Below are positions 43,001 through 56,964 of a stretch of DNA of 64,000 bases, piece by piece (the stretch's first letter is position 1; each line of letters opens with the position of its first letter). The stretch comes from Pelomyxa schiedti (lineage: Eukaryota; Protista; Evosea). A program made the translations under genes and the position numbers. The DNA lies in NCBI GenBank assembly GCA_020536535.1, contig JAHLWZ010000844.1, positions 1 through 64,000 on the forward strand, written 5' to 3'. The notes under the pieces were generated by a model. The model made no database searches and was not told the DNA's origin. It saw nothing but the letters and a program-made list of their open reading frames with translations.

Positions 43001-45584
43001 GAAGGCGGTGATAGTGATTCTGGAAGGGAAATACGCTGTTCATTCTGAGTAGGCTTTTCATTTTGTGGGTTGCACATTGATGTCGGTCTGGAGTAATTGT
43101 GCAACATCACTAACAAAATATCTTCAATAAGTTGCAGACCTGGAAATGGCATCTATCAACTTGATGTTCCCACTGGCCTTGGCCTTTGTAATGGGTGACT
43201 CCCCATTGTTGTTCTCAATGCCTTTTTGTTTGAAAACAGTTGTCAAATTTGCCAAAATGCCAAAGGAAAAAAGAGAGTCATACAAGGATTTGCCTCTGCA
43301 AAGATGAGAGAAGAAATGAAGTCTAAATGCAGTTCCGGCGCTGTGCAGGCCATCATCAATGCCGTGTCTCCGGTGTCCGTTTGTGCATTCACATCAATTT
43401 TGGACACCAAGAGTGTGCTGAGAAGCTGTTCTCTACGTTAATGCGTTCAGTCTAAACAGTATGGCAGCCAACCTGACTTGAAGAGGAATCGGCTTTGAAA
43501 GATTTTGCAAGAAAATGCAGTGCAGTTTGTCCTCTTTTTGCTCGATGTAAAGTTTTGGCACCCTTTTCAATAAGTAGGTTGGCAACATCAAAATTCCCAG
43601 ATGAGATTGCTGCACTTTTTTTGCAGAGAAAGAGAGAAAGCACTATTATTTATTGGTTTTTTTTTCTAAGTGCATACAGTAAGGGTGTAATACCCAGATA
43701 GTCCTGTGTGATTAAAAAAAAATTCCCATCAAATGATAAAGTTACAAGTCTGTGAGCATACTTTGGGATCAATTTTCGCCCCTTTGTCCAGAAGATAACT
43801 CACAAGTTCAGAGTTCCCCGAATATGAAGCAACATGCAAAAGAGTTAGACCAGTATTTCCTTTTGCATTTATGGTTCCCTCCTGATTGAACATGAGTTAC
43901 AAAATGAAAAAAAATGGGAGATGGAAGGCACGAGAAGGGGGAATTGGATGACTGGGGATGGAGATGACACCTTGATGCTGGCCTCAACCTTTTCCACCAA
44001 CTGCTTGTTCAACCCTCGTGGCGATGCTTGTATGAATCCCACGGCATCTTTCAGTGCTGGTGCCGTGACAGGAGTGGCAAATGCAATCCAACACATCTCA
44101 GAATTCCCTTCGACTGCAGCTGTGAACCCTGGTTTTGAGATTGAGTGTGAGATTGGAGTGAAAGTGATGGAGTGAGTGAGTGGGTGACGATTGACTCAAA
44201 GCCAACCAACCTGTTGAGGAAGCGAGAATTTTTGAGGTGGGAACAGCACTGAACGGTGCTTCGTTTGAATACCCAAAGAGCCATGCAAGCACTTTTGGTG
44301 TGCTTGGAAACGGTTGTGTGAATGTCACTGACAACACTCCCCCTGATGATGTGTGTGCTCGTTGTTGACCACTGAGGAATATTGTGGTTCTTGTTGGTAA
44401 AGTATTAAAAATACCCTCACCAGCTGCAAGGTTAATCATCACTGCTGATGATCTTTTTAACATTAGAACCTAGTCTATGATCATAGAGTATGGACTTACT
44501 TGGTCATAGCTTCCAGTTGTGGATGAACCGCGGGGATAAAACCTGGCTCAATCGGTGGAGTGGCAACTGCAGAAGGAACCGCTTGGTACATGCTTATTGG
44601 CTGTGGTGACGAGGAAACTGGTGGTTGTGGTGAAGGTGAAACAGGTGCATTGAGTAGTGGTGTTGCAGAAGGAGAATAATTACACATTACCGTTGGGTGT
44701 GTGGAAAGTGAAGCCGGTGGCTGTGGTGAAACCGAAAGAGGTGGCTGTGGGGCAATTGAAACTGGCGGCTGTGGTGCCATCGCCACCGGCGGCTGCAGTG
44801 ACGGCGACGGCGAAGGTGATGGTAAAGGTGAATGTGAAGGTGATGGCAAAGGTGAAGGTGAAGGCGAAGGTGAGTGTGAATGTGATGGGGTGAATGTTGT
44901 TGGCATGGGAGGAGTCATGGGCCTCGGGGCCACAACAGGCAGCAGCAGCAAGCCGCCGTCGCCGCTGCAGTGCGATAACGAAGGGGACAGCGGCGCCTGC
45001 GTGGGCGTCGACACGCGGTCCAGCGAGCAGGGCGTGATGCAGCGCAAGTTGGGCGACGCATCCGCCGAGCTGCTGAAGGAATGTTCGGGAGACTGGTACG
45101 GAGTCGTCAGGCTGTCGGTCCCACAAGTCCGAGTGCTTGACGTGGTGGTGGACGAGGAGAATGACTGGGAAGAAGAAGAAGAAGAAGAATAGCACCCGCC
45201 GGGTGTCGAATCATTTGTCTGGGAGTTGGATTCCCAGTCGGAATGAGGAAGAGGAGGAGGCGGCGGCGGAGCGGGTGCGGGCACAGTCAGGCGCAGGTGT
45301 TGTGATCTGTGCTCGCGTTGCTTGCTTTTCAGGATTGTGGTGGTCTGCCAGCCGCCCGTCGAGGCCCTCGGCTGCTTCGCTTCGTCGCCCAGTGGGGGTC
45401 CACTGCTTGTTGTTGGGCCTCCTAGTTGCATGGCACTAACACTGCGGGTGTACTTGGGCTGTGAGATCGGCGCCGAAACTGTGGGAAGGCATGGGCTGCT
45501 GCTGTTGCTGCTGTGAGTGTCAGTTTCGGAACCAGAGGGAATTGAAATGCTGCCTCGGTTGCGTGCGACCAACCAGGAGGTCAT
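40027..45584 (-). CDS. Kinase B: paralog of kinase A, same architecture
   Basis: Same exon series and motifs (VTFTQPFPSTPKV, ankyrins, IDFVTPY, IGQGSF, HRDLKPDN, DFG, YMAPE); ends QLQLL*. Confidence 0.85.
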
Positions 45585-45786
45585 TGTGTGGGCCCAGGTT
45601 TCGCGAAAACAATTGGTTCAAGGTCTCAGAATCAAGATCCCTCGGCTTGACAAGTTGGGTGACTTCCGTTTGCTATCAAACTTCAAAAAGTTAATGTTCT
45701 CAGAACGGAGGAAACCGATCGGTTTCGCTTAAGACTTTGGGAGCTAATATTGGAACTAAGAGGGTCACAGCATTTGTTTTGTATTA

Positions 45787-48700
45787 TTACAGCAGACAGG
45801 ATTTTACAAGGTGGTCTAGGACAGCAGTGATGGCCGGAAAGGCTGGCAGCTATGTGAGAAGAAATCAGAGAAAGGAAAGCAAACGCACGAGGTCGTCTTG
45901 TGGGATCGTGATCCCAACAGTCGACAATCAACTCGGCATATTCAGGTGGTGCTGTTTCTGGGATTTCTTCTCTCTTTCCAGAAACAACAAAGGAATCTAT
46001 ATTCCCCAGGTGAGCCAAATAAAAGGGGGGGTTGGAGTTTCTCACAAAAGTCCTTCATTGTTCTGTAAGGGAGCATTTCAGTGAGGATTTGCCATAGCAT
46101 AATACCGTAGCTAAACACGTCCGTTTCAACACCGTAATCATTGGCTCCAGATAAAACCTCTGTGTAGTGTGAGTTGAGAATACAAGAACGTAGTTAAATT
46201 TAGGTATCTACCTGGCGCCATATCTGTTTTCGTTTCAATGATGTAGGGAGGAGGAAATGCATGGAAGGGTCAGAAATAGGCAACAAATTTCTTCAATACA
46301 TATTGGGGTGCCAATTAGAGCTGTCATCTGCTGCGCTGATGAAGCTGTCAGTGCTGGGGAGGCTGAAGTCATTCCTCTTGAACTGACAGTCCGTGATGTG
46401 CCAAAATCGGAAACCTGGAAATATGTGTAACAAAAAAAAGGGGAAAGGGGGCATATCACCTTACAGGTCACATCCGCATGTTTACTGATTGACACCATAA
46501 GAACTTAAAAAATATTGATCAGACGAAAAATCACGGAAAGTAAAAGTAAACAGGATGATGTATACTATTATCTGGCTGGATGAGAAAGTATGTTGATGAG
46601 TTAAGCGGGTATATGAAGGAAGGAGCGAGTACCTTCAAGTCTCTATGCACCATGTTGTTTGCATGCTTTTTATTTTTGAGATTAATTGTCTCAGACAAGA
46701 ATTGGATGATACCAAAAAAGACATTGCTGTTGTGGTACGAGTGTAGTGTGAAAGTCTTGTTAAAATCGGACAAAGCTTATGGAGAAGAAAGGATTCTGAC
46801 CTAGTGCTATATCCTTGGCAATCTTCAGTTTGATGATCCAGGGCAGGTCTTTGTTTTTCTATTATTATGAATTTGATACAAATGAAGGAACAGTAAGCTT
46901 CCAGATGAAGGGAAGTGAAGAGACATTTAGAAAAGATGACAAATTTCCCAGTGCCATGTACTCCTTTTTTGAGAAAAAAAAGATTGGGTCAAAAAAGTAG
47001 TGGGAGGGTTTAGTGAGGGTGATAAGGCACACCGTTACAATGCACAACTGGAAAGAAAGTTAAGCAGAACACATAAATACAATTGAAAATGCAATATTTC
47101 AAAAGAAATGAAAGGGACCTTGGATAGAATCATTACACTACAAATTTGAATGGGTGACAAATGAAAAGAAGAGGATAAACATACGCTCCTATGAAGTTGA
47201 CAATGTGGGTGTGCCTCAGTTGTGTGAGAACTCTGACCTCTCTGAAATTAAAATTGCAGAGGGATTAATGAGAATACGAATTACACAATTTTAACCTTTT
47301 AAATTCAGTGAAGGAGGCCTCAGAGGGATTTTGGTTTTTGAGGAGTTTGATTGCCACAGGTGTGTGACGCCAACTCCCCTTCCTTTACAGTATGAGATGA
47401 TAGTTTAATTTCTATTATTTCTTGGTTTTGTGTGTCATGTGCATGAAGAGTGCATGCAAACCAAACCGATGCAAAACTTCCTTCTCCAATTTTTTCCTCA
47501 AAAAATAAATCCGTGTAATCAAGCTACTATTGTAAGACAAAATTTTACATATGTTGGGGCTTCATTTATCACCCAACTTCCCTGTTCCCTTCAAATTTTT
47601 GATGATATACTAAACAAACTTTGTTATAACTATTCACACCTGAGTTGAGAGCCACGTTGTCATTGTGAATTGGATAGAGTGGCAGAATGTTGCTTCAGAA
47701 TCACTCAATGTCTTTCTGTAACTCATAAATCCAGTTTTGTGATCTGAATTGTGTGAGTGGGAGAGCTGAGTGTGGGAATGTGGCATTGTCACAGTGTGGC
47801 ATCGTGGCAGTGCATTTGGGAAAAATGAGAAGGGAGAAGAGAACAAAAGAAAAGAACAACCGGCAGCAATCATTCCAAACTGTGCATCAATGGTTGTCGT
47901 GCAAAACACAGTCAACCTCACCTTGAACTCAACATCCTTTCCCTGTGTTGTGTGACATCTGACGTGAGACAAGGTATGATAGAAGACAAGGCGGAGAAAG
48001 TAGAAAGACAAAAGAAAAAAAACCTTGGGGATTGCAACTTGGAGTGGATCGATTTTCAAAGTGTAACGGTCATCAGAGGGAATGATAAACGAAACCAAAA
48101 TTCCACTCCCGTTGTTTCTGACAACAAACGTGTCTGTCACTTCCTTTGGTTTTTGGTTGTGTATCAATTATTTTTTCTTGCCAGCTTCGAAAAAAGGAAA
48201 AAACGAACCTTATCGATATCAACAGGCTCACCACCAAAATCCAGCTTGGGTGGTGTTACCTGTAAAACGAGTGGGGGAAAGAATATTCCTTCAACAATCG
48301 GGAACATACAGTGAGATTTGGAGAAGGCAGAAGCAGTGGCAACGAAAATGGAGGTGGTGCAAGAACAGGGACAGCTTTTGGAGGTGACTTTGGTCTCAGT
48401 AATCGATCACCTTCACAGGCAACAGAAGCAATTGTTGGTATAATAATGGATTTCCTTTCAGATATATATGCAAGAGACTTCCTGTCAAATCCTGCTCGTC
48501 TGTAACAGGGACACATTTGTTTCTATTAGTAGGTTTGTTGTTAGATGTGGTGCCACCAAGAATCACTACCAGCTTTCTTGAATGTGTATCTGCCGCAATC
48601 CAACTCATTGAACTGCCAAGTGGAACACTGTCCTCCAAGGCCACATCAAACCCTGTTCCAACTCAGTCAAACTTAAAGAATTGGGATTTTCTTTGCCTGT

Positions 48701-51276
48701 GAGAGTTGATGCAATCTTTTTGGTTGGAATTCGCAACTGGAACCCACTGAGTGACCACATAGAAACGTGAGGAGGTGTGCGAAAGGGTGTGATGAAGTCA
48801 ATGTGATGCTGACAGTTTTGAGCTGTGAATTTCCCACTTTGAAACATGTTTGAACTGTCCCCTATTTTTTGGAAGACATTCCAGACAAGCTCCAATGCCA
48901 CAACTGTGCAAGGTGGTGACGCTGGAGAAAGGGGAAGAAGTTGCTTGCTGAGCTCCACCCTTTCACTCAGTGAGTTGGTTGTTGCCGTGGATTCGTCTTC
49001 TCCCTCCATTGAGCCTGACATAAACATCGATGTTCCTCCAGAGTAACTGTACAATGTCAACAACAAAATGTAAGAGGTGAACGAGAGAGGGGGATATAGA
49101 TTGTTTTTACGCACCTGGAAAGGGCATCTATCAACTTGATGTTCCCACTGGCCTTGGCCTTTGTAATGGGCGACTCCCCATTGTTGTTCTCAATGCCTTT
49201 TTGTTTGGAAACAGTTGTCAAATTGCCAAAAGGGAGAAAAAAAAAGGAGGCACACTAGGATTTGCCTCTGCAAAGATGAGAGAAGAAATGAAGTCCAAAT
49301 GCAGGTTTGGAGCTGTGCATGCGATCATCAATGCCGTGTCTCCTGAGTCCGTTTGTGCATTCACATCAATTTTGGAGCACAACAGTGTGCGGAGAAGCTG
49401 TTAACAATTGTTGAGGTTGCTGGATAAAGTCTTCTTCAACTTACAGATGTTGAAAGGGAATCAGATTTGAAAGATTTTGCAAGAAAATGCAGTGCAGTTT
49501 GCTTTCTTCTTGTTTGGGGTAAAAGTTTGGCCCCCATTTTGATGAGTGCCTCTGCCACAGCGAAATGCCCTTCTGAGATTGCTGCCCTTTTTGTAATTAC
49601 TTCTTTGAATGAGGGAAAAAAAAGATACTACAGCAATGGTGTCATGTCTTGGTTGTCCTGCAATATAAAGATTGTATGTATGATTTTAGACTCTTTTTGT
49701 GGGAAGAGGTATGTGCCTTGAGTTCCAGGCAAGGTCCCTTCTTCAGCAACTCAGAGACAAGGTCAGAGTTCCCCGAATATGAAGCAACATGCAAAAGAGT
49801 TTTTCCGTCGTCTGCTCTTGCATTTATGGTTCCCTCCTGATTGACACATGAGGGACAAAATGAAAAAAAAAAAGGAAGGTTCGAGAGAGGGAGGAAACGA
49901 AAAAAAAAAGGATGGGGTGGTTGGAATTGGATGACTGGGGATGGAGATGACACCTTGATGCTGGCCTCAACCTTTTCCACCAACTGCTTGTTCAACCCTC
50001 GTGGTGATGCTTGTATGATCCGGATGGCATCTTTCAGTGCTGGTGCCGTGACAGGAGTGGCAAATGCAATCCAACACATCTCAGAATTCCCTTCGACCGC
50101 AGCTGTGAACCCTGGTTTTGAAATTGAGAGTGAGATTGGAGTGAAAGTGATGGTGAGAATGGTGAGAATGGTGAGAGTGAGTGAGTGGGTGGGTGACGAT
50201 GGACTCAAAGCCAACCAACCTGTTGAGGATGCGAGAATTTTTGAGGTGGGAACAGCACTGAACGGTGCTTCGTTTGAATACCCAAAGAGCCATGCAAGCA
50301 CTTTTGGTGTGCTTGGAAACGGTTGTGTGAATGTCACTGACAACACTCCCCCTGATGATGTGTGTGCTCGTTGTTGACCACTGTGAAGCATTCCCGACAG
50401 CGCAGGAAAGCAGCCAAAAAGTTCTTCCACAGTTGCAATGCCAATCTTTACAGTTGAACTACATCCATGATGAATGTTAGGTACCAGCCAAGAAGGCCAG
50501 GCAAACAAAAAAGGGAAAAGCCAAAAGGTTACAACTACACACTCCAAAAATAGCTGCTGCCTGGATGCTGTTGAGCCTACACTTGCAATTGACGTCACTT
50601 CAGTTGGAGACAACGTGGCCGGCGGCCTGGAATTAAGATTTGAAACGGCCGGCACGTGCACCTTCGGGTGCGAGCATGCCAAGTCCGGCGACTGCGGCGG
50701 CGTCGACGCGCAGTCGGCCGACGAGCTCGTCATGGTAGCCGCCGCAGATGCGCACGACGACGACGACGAAGACGACGAAGACGAGGAGCCCGCCCACAAC
50801 GACGAACCATTTTCCGCGCCGATTTGGTTTTGCTGCTGCTGCTGCTGCTGCTGTCGAGGTTCGGGCTGTGACTGGTATGAGGTGCTGGGGCTGCTTCTGG
50901 TGCAGGTTTTATCTGATAAGACTGAGGGCGGTGTTGGAGTGCCGGGTGTGGGCTGTGAGTCGTCAGAATCTCGCGACGTGGTGGCTGGTGTTTGCTTTTC
51001 CTTGTCTCTGTCTTTGTCGTGGTGCTTGTGCTTGTGCGACTGGTGTTTGGTGCCGGACGATTTGGCTTCGCCACCGCTGCTGCCTTTGTGCCTGTGTTTG
51101 CTCTTCTCGTGGCTGTTGGGTCGCTTTGTTCCACTTTCGGCCCGAACTCGGCCTTCCTCGTGTGGGGTGTGCGACTTGCTCACGGGCTCAGATTCACCCA
51201 TTGGGGGCGTTGGTGGTTTGATGTCGATGTTATCTGGTGGCGAAGGAGTCCACTCCACCGTGTTGGTGGCCGCCAT
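45787..51276 (-). CDS. Kinase C: tandem paralog of kinase B, same architecture
   Basis: Same exon series and motifs; ends KSCLL*. Confidence 0.85.
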
Positions 51277-51429
51277 CACTGCTCGATCAAGACCAATCAG
51301 TGGTTACGTGAAGGTGTAAGCTTCGGTGATTTCCTTGGATCGAACCGATCCTGAGCTACGTAGAACGAAAATGACAGCGTTCCGGTCTGTTGATTATTTT
51401 ATTCCAGCCAGTTGCCAAAAAAAAAAGCT

Positions 51430-52639
51430 TCAAACAGATTTGGATTCTGGGGTGTGTGTGGGCGTGCGATGTCGACTGAAATACACAACAACAAAAATGA
51501 GGCACACAAGTCCACCAACTACTAGATTCACAACGAGGGTGCCTCGGAAAGCCGGTCTGTTCTTGTGGAGTGTGTGGCGTCTGTGCTCGTTGATGTGCTG
51601 GTTTGTGAACGGCTGTCTACTGGGTTGCAAATCTTCATTGGTCTGGGCTGCTTGTTCTTGTTTGGTGTTGTTCGCGGGAGCATATCCTTGGGGGAATACT
51701 TCCGCTCTTGGTACATAATCGTCTGTTGGTGGGAATTCCATCTCAGTAAACGCGGTCATGCTATCAAACTCAACAAGTGCTGTGTCTTCGACTTCAATAA
51801 AACATGCGTTCTCAACAATTTCTTGACCACGAGTACGCTTCAGACACAAATTTCCCAATGCGAACTCAAGTTTGTGAAGGTCGTCGTATATGTTTATGGC
51901 TGGCATCTTGAACCAGTAGCCAAGACTCATGTGGAACACGTACTCTGTGAGGTATGAGACGAAAAAAGGGGAGTTAAAAAAAGGAAATGCAACCTGGATC
52001 GTATTGAATACCCGTTGTATTGGCAACAAACATCTGAAATTCGCGGACCACATCCAGCACAGGGTCGGGGAGAGACAATACAACTGCAACCACGCTTGAT
52101 CCAACAGCGAGGCCTTGTACAGATGGAACAACGTGTAATGGAGTCATTGACAGTCTACTAGAAATAGAGTGAAGCTTTTGCCGAAATTCAGCAGAGTTGG
52201 AAAAAGAGAGCCATTCTTGTTCTGTCATGCTCAACTCCCATTGGGTGTAGAGGGGGAAGATCTTGAATTTAAGATAAAGTGTTAAGTTTCAGCCAAAAAC
52301 TCTGAAGTATCTTCTTACAAGATGCACAAACCGTCATGTGATACGACGAAGGAGGTAATGGCGCAAGGAAGTACCTGCCGTACGTATGAGTTTTCGTTGC
52401 GCACTTTCAATGAATCAATCACGAATTAGAACCTACTTCAAACGAGAAGACACTATAGCGTCATACAAAGGAGCCCAGTCATCAGGATTTGACAGCATCG
52501 ACACAATCGTAACACCCAGAAGACGTTGGAATTTGCCGTTATCATCCAGTTTCCCACCCGGTAGCACGTACGCACCAGATCTTCCCATGCCCATGCACAC
52601 ACTCCACGCAGTAACAACCCAGATCCACCAGCACTTCAT
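51430..52639 (-). CDS. Type-I membrane 2H phosphoesterase (DUF1868-like), 4 exons
   Basis: Signal peptide; GKLDDNGKF..GVTIVS; spliced LPPSSYHMT and FHMSLGY (two HxT/S motifs); EFDSMTAF; C-terminal TM helix LVVNLVVGGLVCLIFVVVYF. Confidence 0.75.
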
Positions 52640-52769
52640 CTGTTTGTGATTTTTGAAATGAAAAGGACTTCCGTGTTTCATCGTTTTTGATGAAATGACA
52701 ACGCAGCAGGGGATTAGTGTCACGCATATCGGAACAATGCTGTGAGATCATTATTACCTTTAATCCTGG

Positions 52770-53923
52770 ATGGCGCAGTCGGGTGCACCTACGCCGACAA
52801 CGTGGGCGGAGATCCAACAAGCGATAGACACTCTACGACAACAAAATGACCGGTAACAGACGTGCCACACTGTTGAATGAGTTTTTCATTTTAACCGAGC
52901 GCAGGTTGTCAGAAGCTCAGCAAACTAACTACAAACTTATATTACAAACTCACGAGAATTTGAAACGAGTTAGTACATTGTAAATTCCTTGTTGTATCAA
53001 TAAGTGAATGTTTTCAGGCATTGGAGATGCTTCAACTCTTACAAAGAGTGGTATGTGAGACTAAGACCAAAGATGTTGAACCCTCCACGAACGTACAAGT
53101 GACGCAGTCTTCTGTAACGCCCCCTTGCAGCACTGCTGTAACTAACGCGCCGGAACGTGCACACTCCACTAGTTCAATCAGCTCTACTCACACGACGTCA
53201 GGGAGTAGTTCCTTCTCTCCATCATGTGCGAAACTGCCCCAGCAACACTTCAGCCCTGCTCCTCGCTCCCCTATGTTTAATTTTTCACCACGGGGCATCC
53301 AAAACTCTTCTCTTCCCAGCCCAATTTCACCACAACAACAATTCCATGCACGCTTATCAAAACCTGTGAATACCCTCATATCACCACCTCCGGCAAAGAA
53401 GCTTGCACTAGGGTCAACTAGTTTACCACGGCCACTCTTTGCCTACACAAACAGAGAAAACGCTTTCTGCTCTCCTTCCTTGCATTCACGTGTCCTCCTT
53501 GCCAGTCAAAATGGGGATTTTTATAGTGATGAGCTTCAGAAACTGCTCTTCTCAATTAGGAGTCAGAAGGAATTCTTAGAGCTGAAGGTTTGCCCACTCG
53601 AATTGCCTCTCACTGAATTCCTTTCTAAGGTAGATTCCACCGAAATTTTACTTCCCCTTGCCACACAATGGCTCAGTGACTGCAACAGTCCCGAGAAAAT
53701 AAAATTCGCTACCGTCTTCCTACATGAAGTGGCAGCTAAGTACCCCAGTGTCTTCCAAAAGCCAGAAACCGCACACCTTACCTTAGCTGCCAGAGACCAC
53801 ATTGGTGCCCTCCTCCATGACCGTAACTCCCTGTGGGCTGAAGGCAGCATTCCTCTCACCACCGAAGAACTCTCTGAACTAGCCAATTTCCTGGACCAGT
53901 GCTGTCTGTCCCTCCAGCCCTGA
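52770..53923 (+). CDS. Hypothetical protein: N-terminal coiled coil, S/P-rich middle, helical C-terminus (3 exons)
   Basis: MAQSGAP..QAIDTLRQQNDR|LSEAQQ..LKR|ALEMLQ spliced in frame into the 300-aa ORF. Confidence 0.65.
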
Positions 53924-53977
53924 AAAAAAAACAAACACAAAACCCATTCAATCGTCATCACCAAACTTTGCAACTTC

Positions 53978-55243
53978 ATGGCCTTGATACACTGCATAGG
54001 GGCGTTGGTGTTACTGCCCCTGGTCACCCTCGTAAGCCTTGTTACTGCACTATGGCGCGGCTGCACAGCGGCCACACGCCGATTGCTTGGGAGGAAGACG
54101 AGCGCGACGGCGACGACGCCCATTGTTGTGGCCATCACTGGCGCTTCGACTGGAATTGGTCATGGATTGGCTTTGCACTACGCTTCTCAGTGAGCTTTTG
54201 TTTTCTTCCAATTCACGTGGGTTTGGTGTTGGGTTTGGTTGGCATTGTGGAGTGGGTGGGTGGTTGTGTGTTACTATGACTGTGGAGAGTGGAATTTGAT
54301 GTTTTGGTAATAGTTGCATCAAGGAGTGCCGCGCGTAAAGTGACCCTTCTTTTGATTGCAAGAAACACTGAGAAACTCAAGGATATAGCCACTAGATGTG
54401 AGGAAATGGGCGCTGTTGTGTTTACTGCTGTGTGTCTCTAAACTACGTACACCATCGGGATTCAGGATTCTTCTTAGGCCTTGGATGTTGCTCGGCGGAA
54501 GGAACTACACAACTACCTGCAAGATTTTGATTCCCGGTTCCCAATAGATATTGTATTTGCCAACGCAGGCGTCAGTGCAGGTAACCTTCCCATTCCTCGA
54601 TCCCGAATTGCTGAAGCGGTAAAGCCCAGGTAACATCTACGGGTGTCCAAAATGATGAGGATGTGTGGCAGCGCATTTTCCATACCAATGTAAACGGAGT
54701 TCTAAATACTGTTATGCCCCTCATTGACCGCATGAAATGCCGTAAAAATGGCGCCGGTGGGCATATTGTGTTGATATCGAGCTTATCTGGATTTGCACTT
54801 GGAGGTGGTTCTTATGCCCCGTACTCAACTAGCAAAGCAGCCTTGACTTGCATCGGCAAGGGTCTACAGCTACAAATGCGTAACACTCCGGTTAAAGTGG
54901 TTGTTGTATGCCCTGGATTCGTTGTCAGTGCAATGACAGGCACTATACGTCGTGGTGGGGTTTACCAATAACAATAACAAATAGATGCAATACCAGAAAC
55001 TCCAATGCCGCAGAAGCTTACAACCAAAGAAGCAGTGAACCAAATTATTGCCGCAGTGGGTGATCCTCATTGTGCCACAAGGTATTAATACCTTTGGAAA
55101 ATCGCACCATTCATGGCCCCCTTACTAGATTGCACCTCTTTCCTTGGCCATTTGCGCTTCTCTCATTGTTTGGCCTTATTCCCTATGAGGAGTACTTCAC
55201 CCTCTACTCTTTGCTGAAAACCTTTCGTAAGAAGTTGGCTTGA
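53978..55243 (+). CDS. Short-chain dehydrogenase/reductase with an N-terminal anchor and C-terminal KKxx
   Basis: ITGASTGIG, FANAGVS, NVNG, ISSLSG, YSTSK, VCPGFV; ends FRKKLA*. Confidence 0.9.
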
Positions 55244-55354
55244 AGTCTAAAACACAAAAAATGCCAGAAGAAAGTTTTTTTTCCCTCCCTATTTTCTAGT
55301 CTTCCATCCTGACAACAAATGTACAAATTGTGGGGTTTTTTGGCCTTGGGTGCC

Positions 55355-56267
55355 TCAGAGTTGTTGCTTCACATTCACATTGCCAAACATTGGTCCAAGA
55401 GAAGCCAGAGACATCATCTGGGACTGAGGGGGCTGTGATTGTGGAGGCGGTGGTGCAATTGTGGGAATCACCTCCGGAGCTTCTTCTTTATCACCCCCAG
55501 GGGATGCTGCATTGGGGCACTTGTGACCACGTTTCAGTTGCAAGCACTGTGTGTATGTGAACAAATTATCGGGAATCAGTTAATAAGGGATGTTGAACTA
55601 CCTTACTGCAGCGGTATAATCCTCTTGGCCGCTTTGCGGGGGGTCTCTCCACAGGTTGCTCAGGGGAGCCTGTGGGTCTCATGCGGGGTGAGCCTGTGGC
55701 TCCCAGTCTGGGCACATTCATCATGGTAACGGGTGGGGGTGGAGCCATTTGCATTGAGGAGTTCATAAGGCCCATGGAGGGCATCATCATGCCGGTTAGA
55801 CCCGGTGATTGCTGCAAAGTGGCCGGAGTGATGAACTGTTGCATGGGATAGCCGGGATACATAGGGTTCATTCCCATCATCATTGGGTTTGCTGCAGTTG
55901 CAGGAGGCGGGACTGCGGTTGTGGCCTGGGACATAGGCCGCAAGCGCTGTGGAGAAGGTATTGCAACAGGCATTGAAGTTGGCTGAGTAGCAAGAGTTGG
56001 GGTGGGATTCACAGTGGCGCCATACATAGGACCGCCGGTACCAACTCCTCCCATTTGCCTGGGATGGTGTGCCATGGGTGACATTGCCATGTGTTGTTGC
56101 TGTTGCTGTTGTTGCTGCTGATGGTACTTGGCCTGCTGATGTGCTTGTGCTTGTACCTGGGCGATGGCAGACGGAGTTGTAGATGTCAGTACAAATGGAG
56201 CTGTCATAGTAGTGGTTGCGGGAGGAGGTGGAGGAGTAGGAGAGTCAGAGTCGCTTGGGTCTTGCAG

Positions 56268-56298
<31 letters not shown>

Positions 56299-56926
56299 AT
56301 CTGCTGGGCTTGCAGCTGCATCTTTATGTGCTGTTGGTAGGCGGCTTGTTGTTGCTGGTACTGCATTTGCATGTACGCCTTGTCCGCAGGCATTGGCACT
56401 TGTTGGGCATGGGGCATCTGCCTTTGCTGTAATTGTTGCTGTTGTAATTGTTGCTGCTGAAGTTGCTGTTGGCGTTGCTGAGGTAGCATTGCCGTGGGCT
56501 GCACAGGCATCATGACTTGCTGTGGCTGCTGAATTGGTTGCCCCTGTGGCATCATCTGCCTCATTTGCATTGCTTGCTGCTGTTGTTGTTGCTGCTGCTG
56601 CTGTTGTTGTTGTTGGGCCTGGGCCTGGGCCTGGGCCTGGGCCTGGGCTTGGGCTTGGGCTTGGGCTTGGGCCTGGACCTGGCCTTGTTGCACTGTTTGC
56701 ATTTGTGACTGTGCTTGAACTTGTGCCGGCAGCATCTGTCTGGCCACCCCCTGTGGTTGAGCTAATTGCTGCTGTGGTGGTGCTTGTTGTATTATTGGCT
56801 GCTGTTGTTGTGGTGGAGGTTGTGGTTGTAACTGCTGTGGTTGGATGTGCTGAGGTTGAGCTGGTGGTTGTTGTTGTGGTGGTTGTGCAGTCTTTGGCGA
56901 CGGAACTTCTTGTTGCCGTGGTGGGA

Positions 56927-56964
<38 letters not shown>

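Noticed and set aside
45787-45801. CaaX prenylation motif at the end of kinase C
   Set aside because: The protein ends KSCLL, with Cys at -3 rather than -4, and this is not conserved in A or B.
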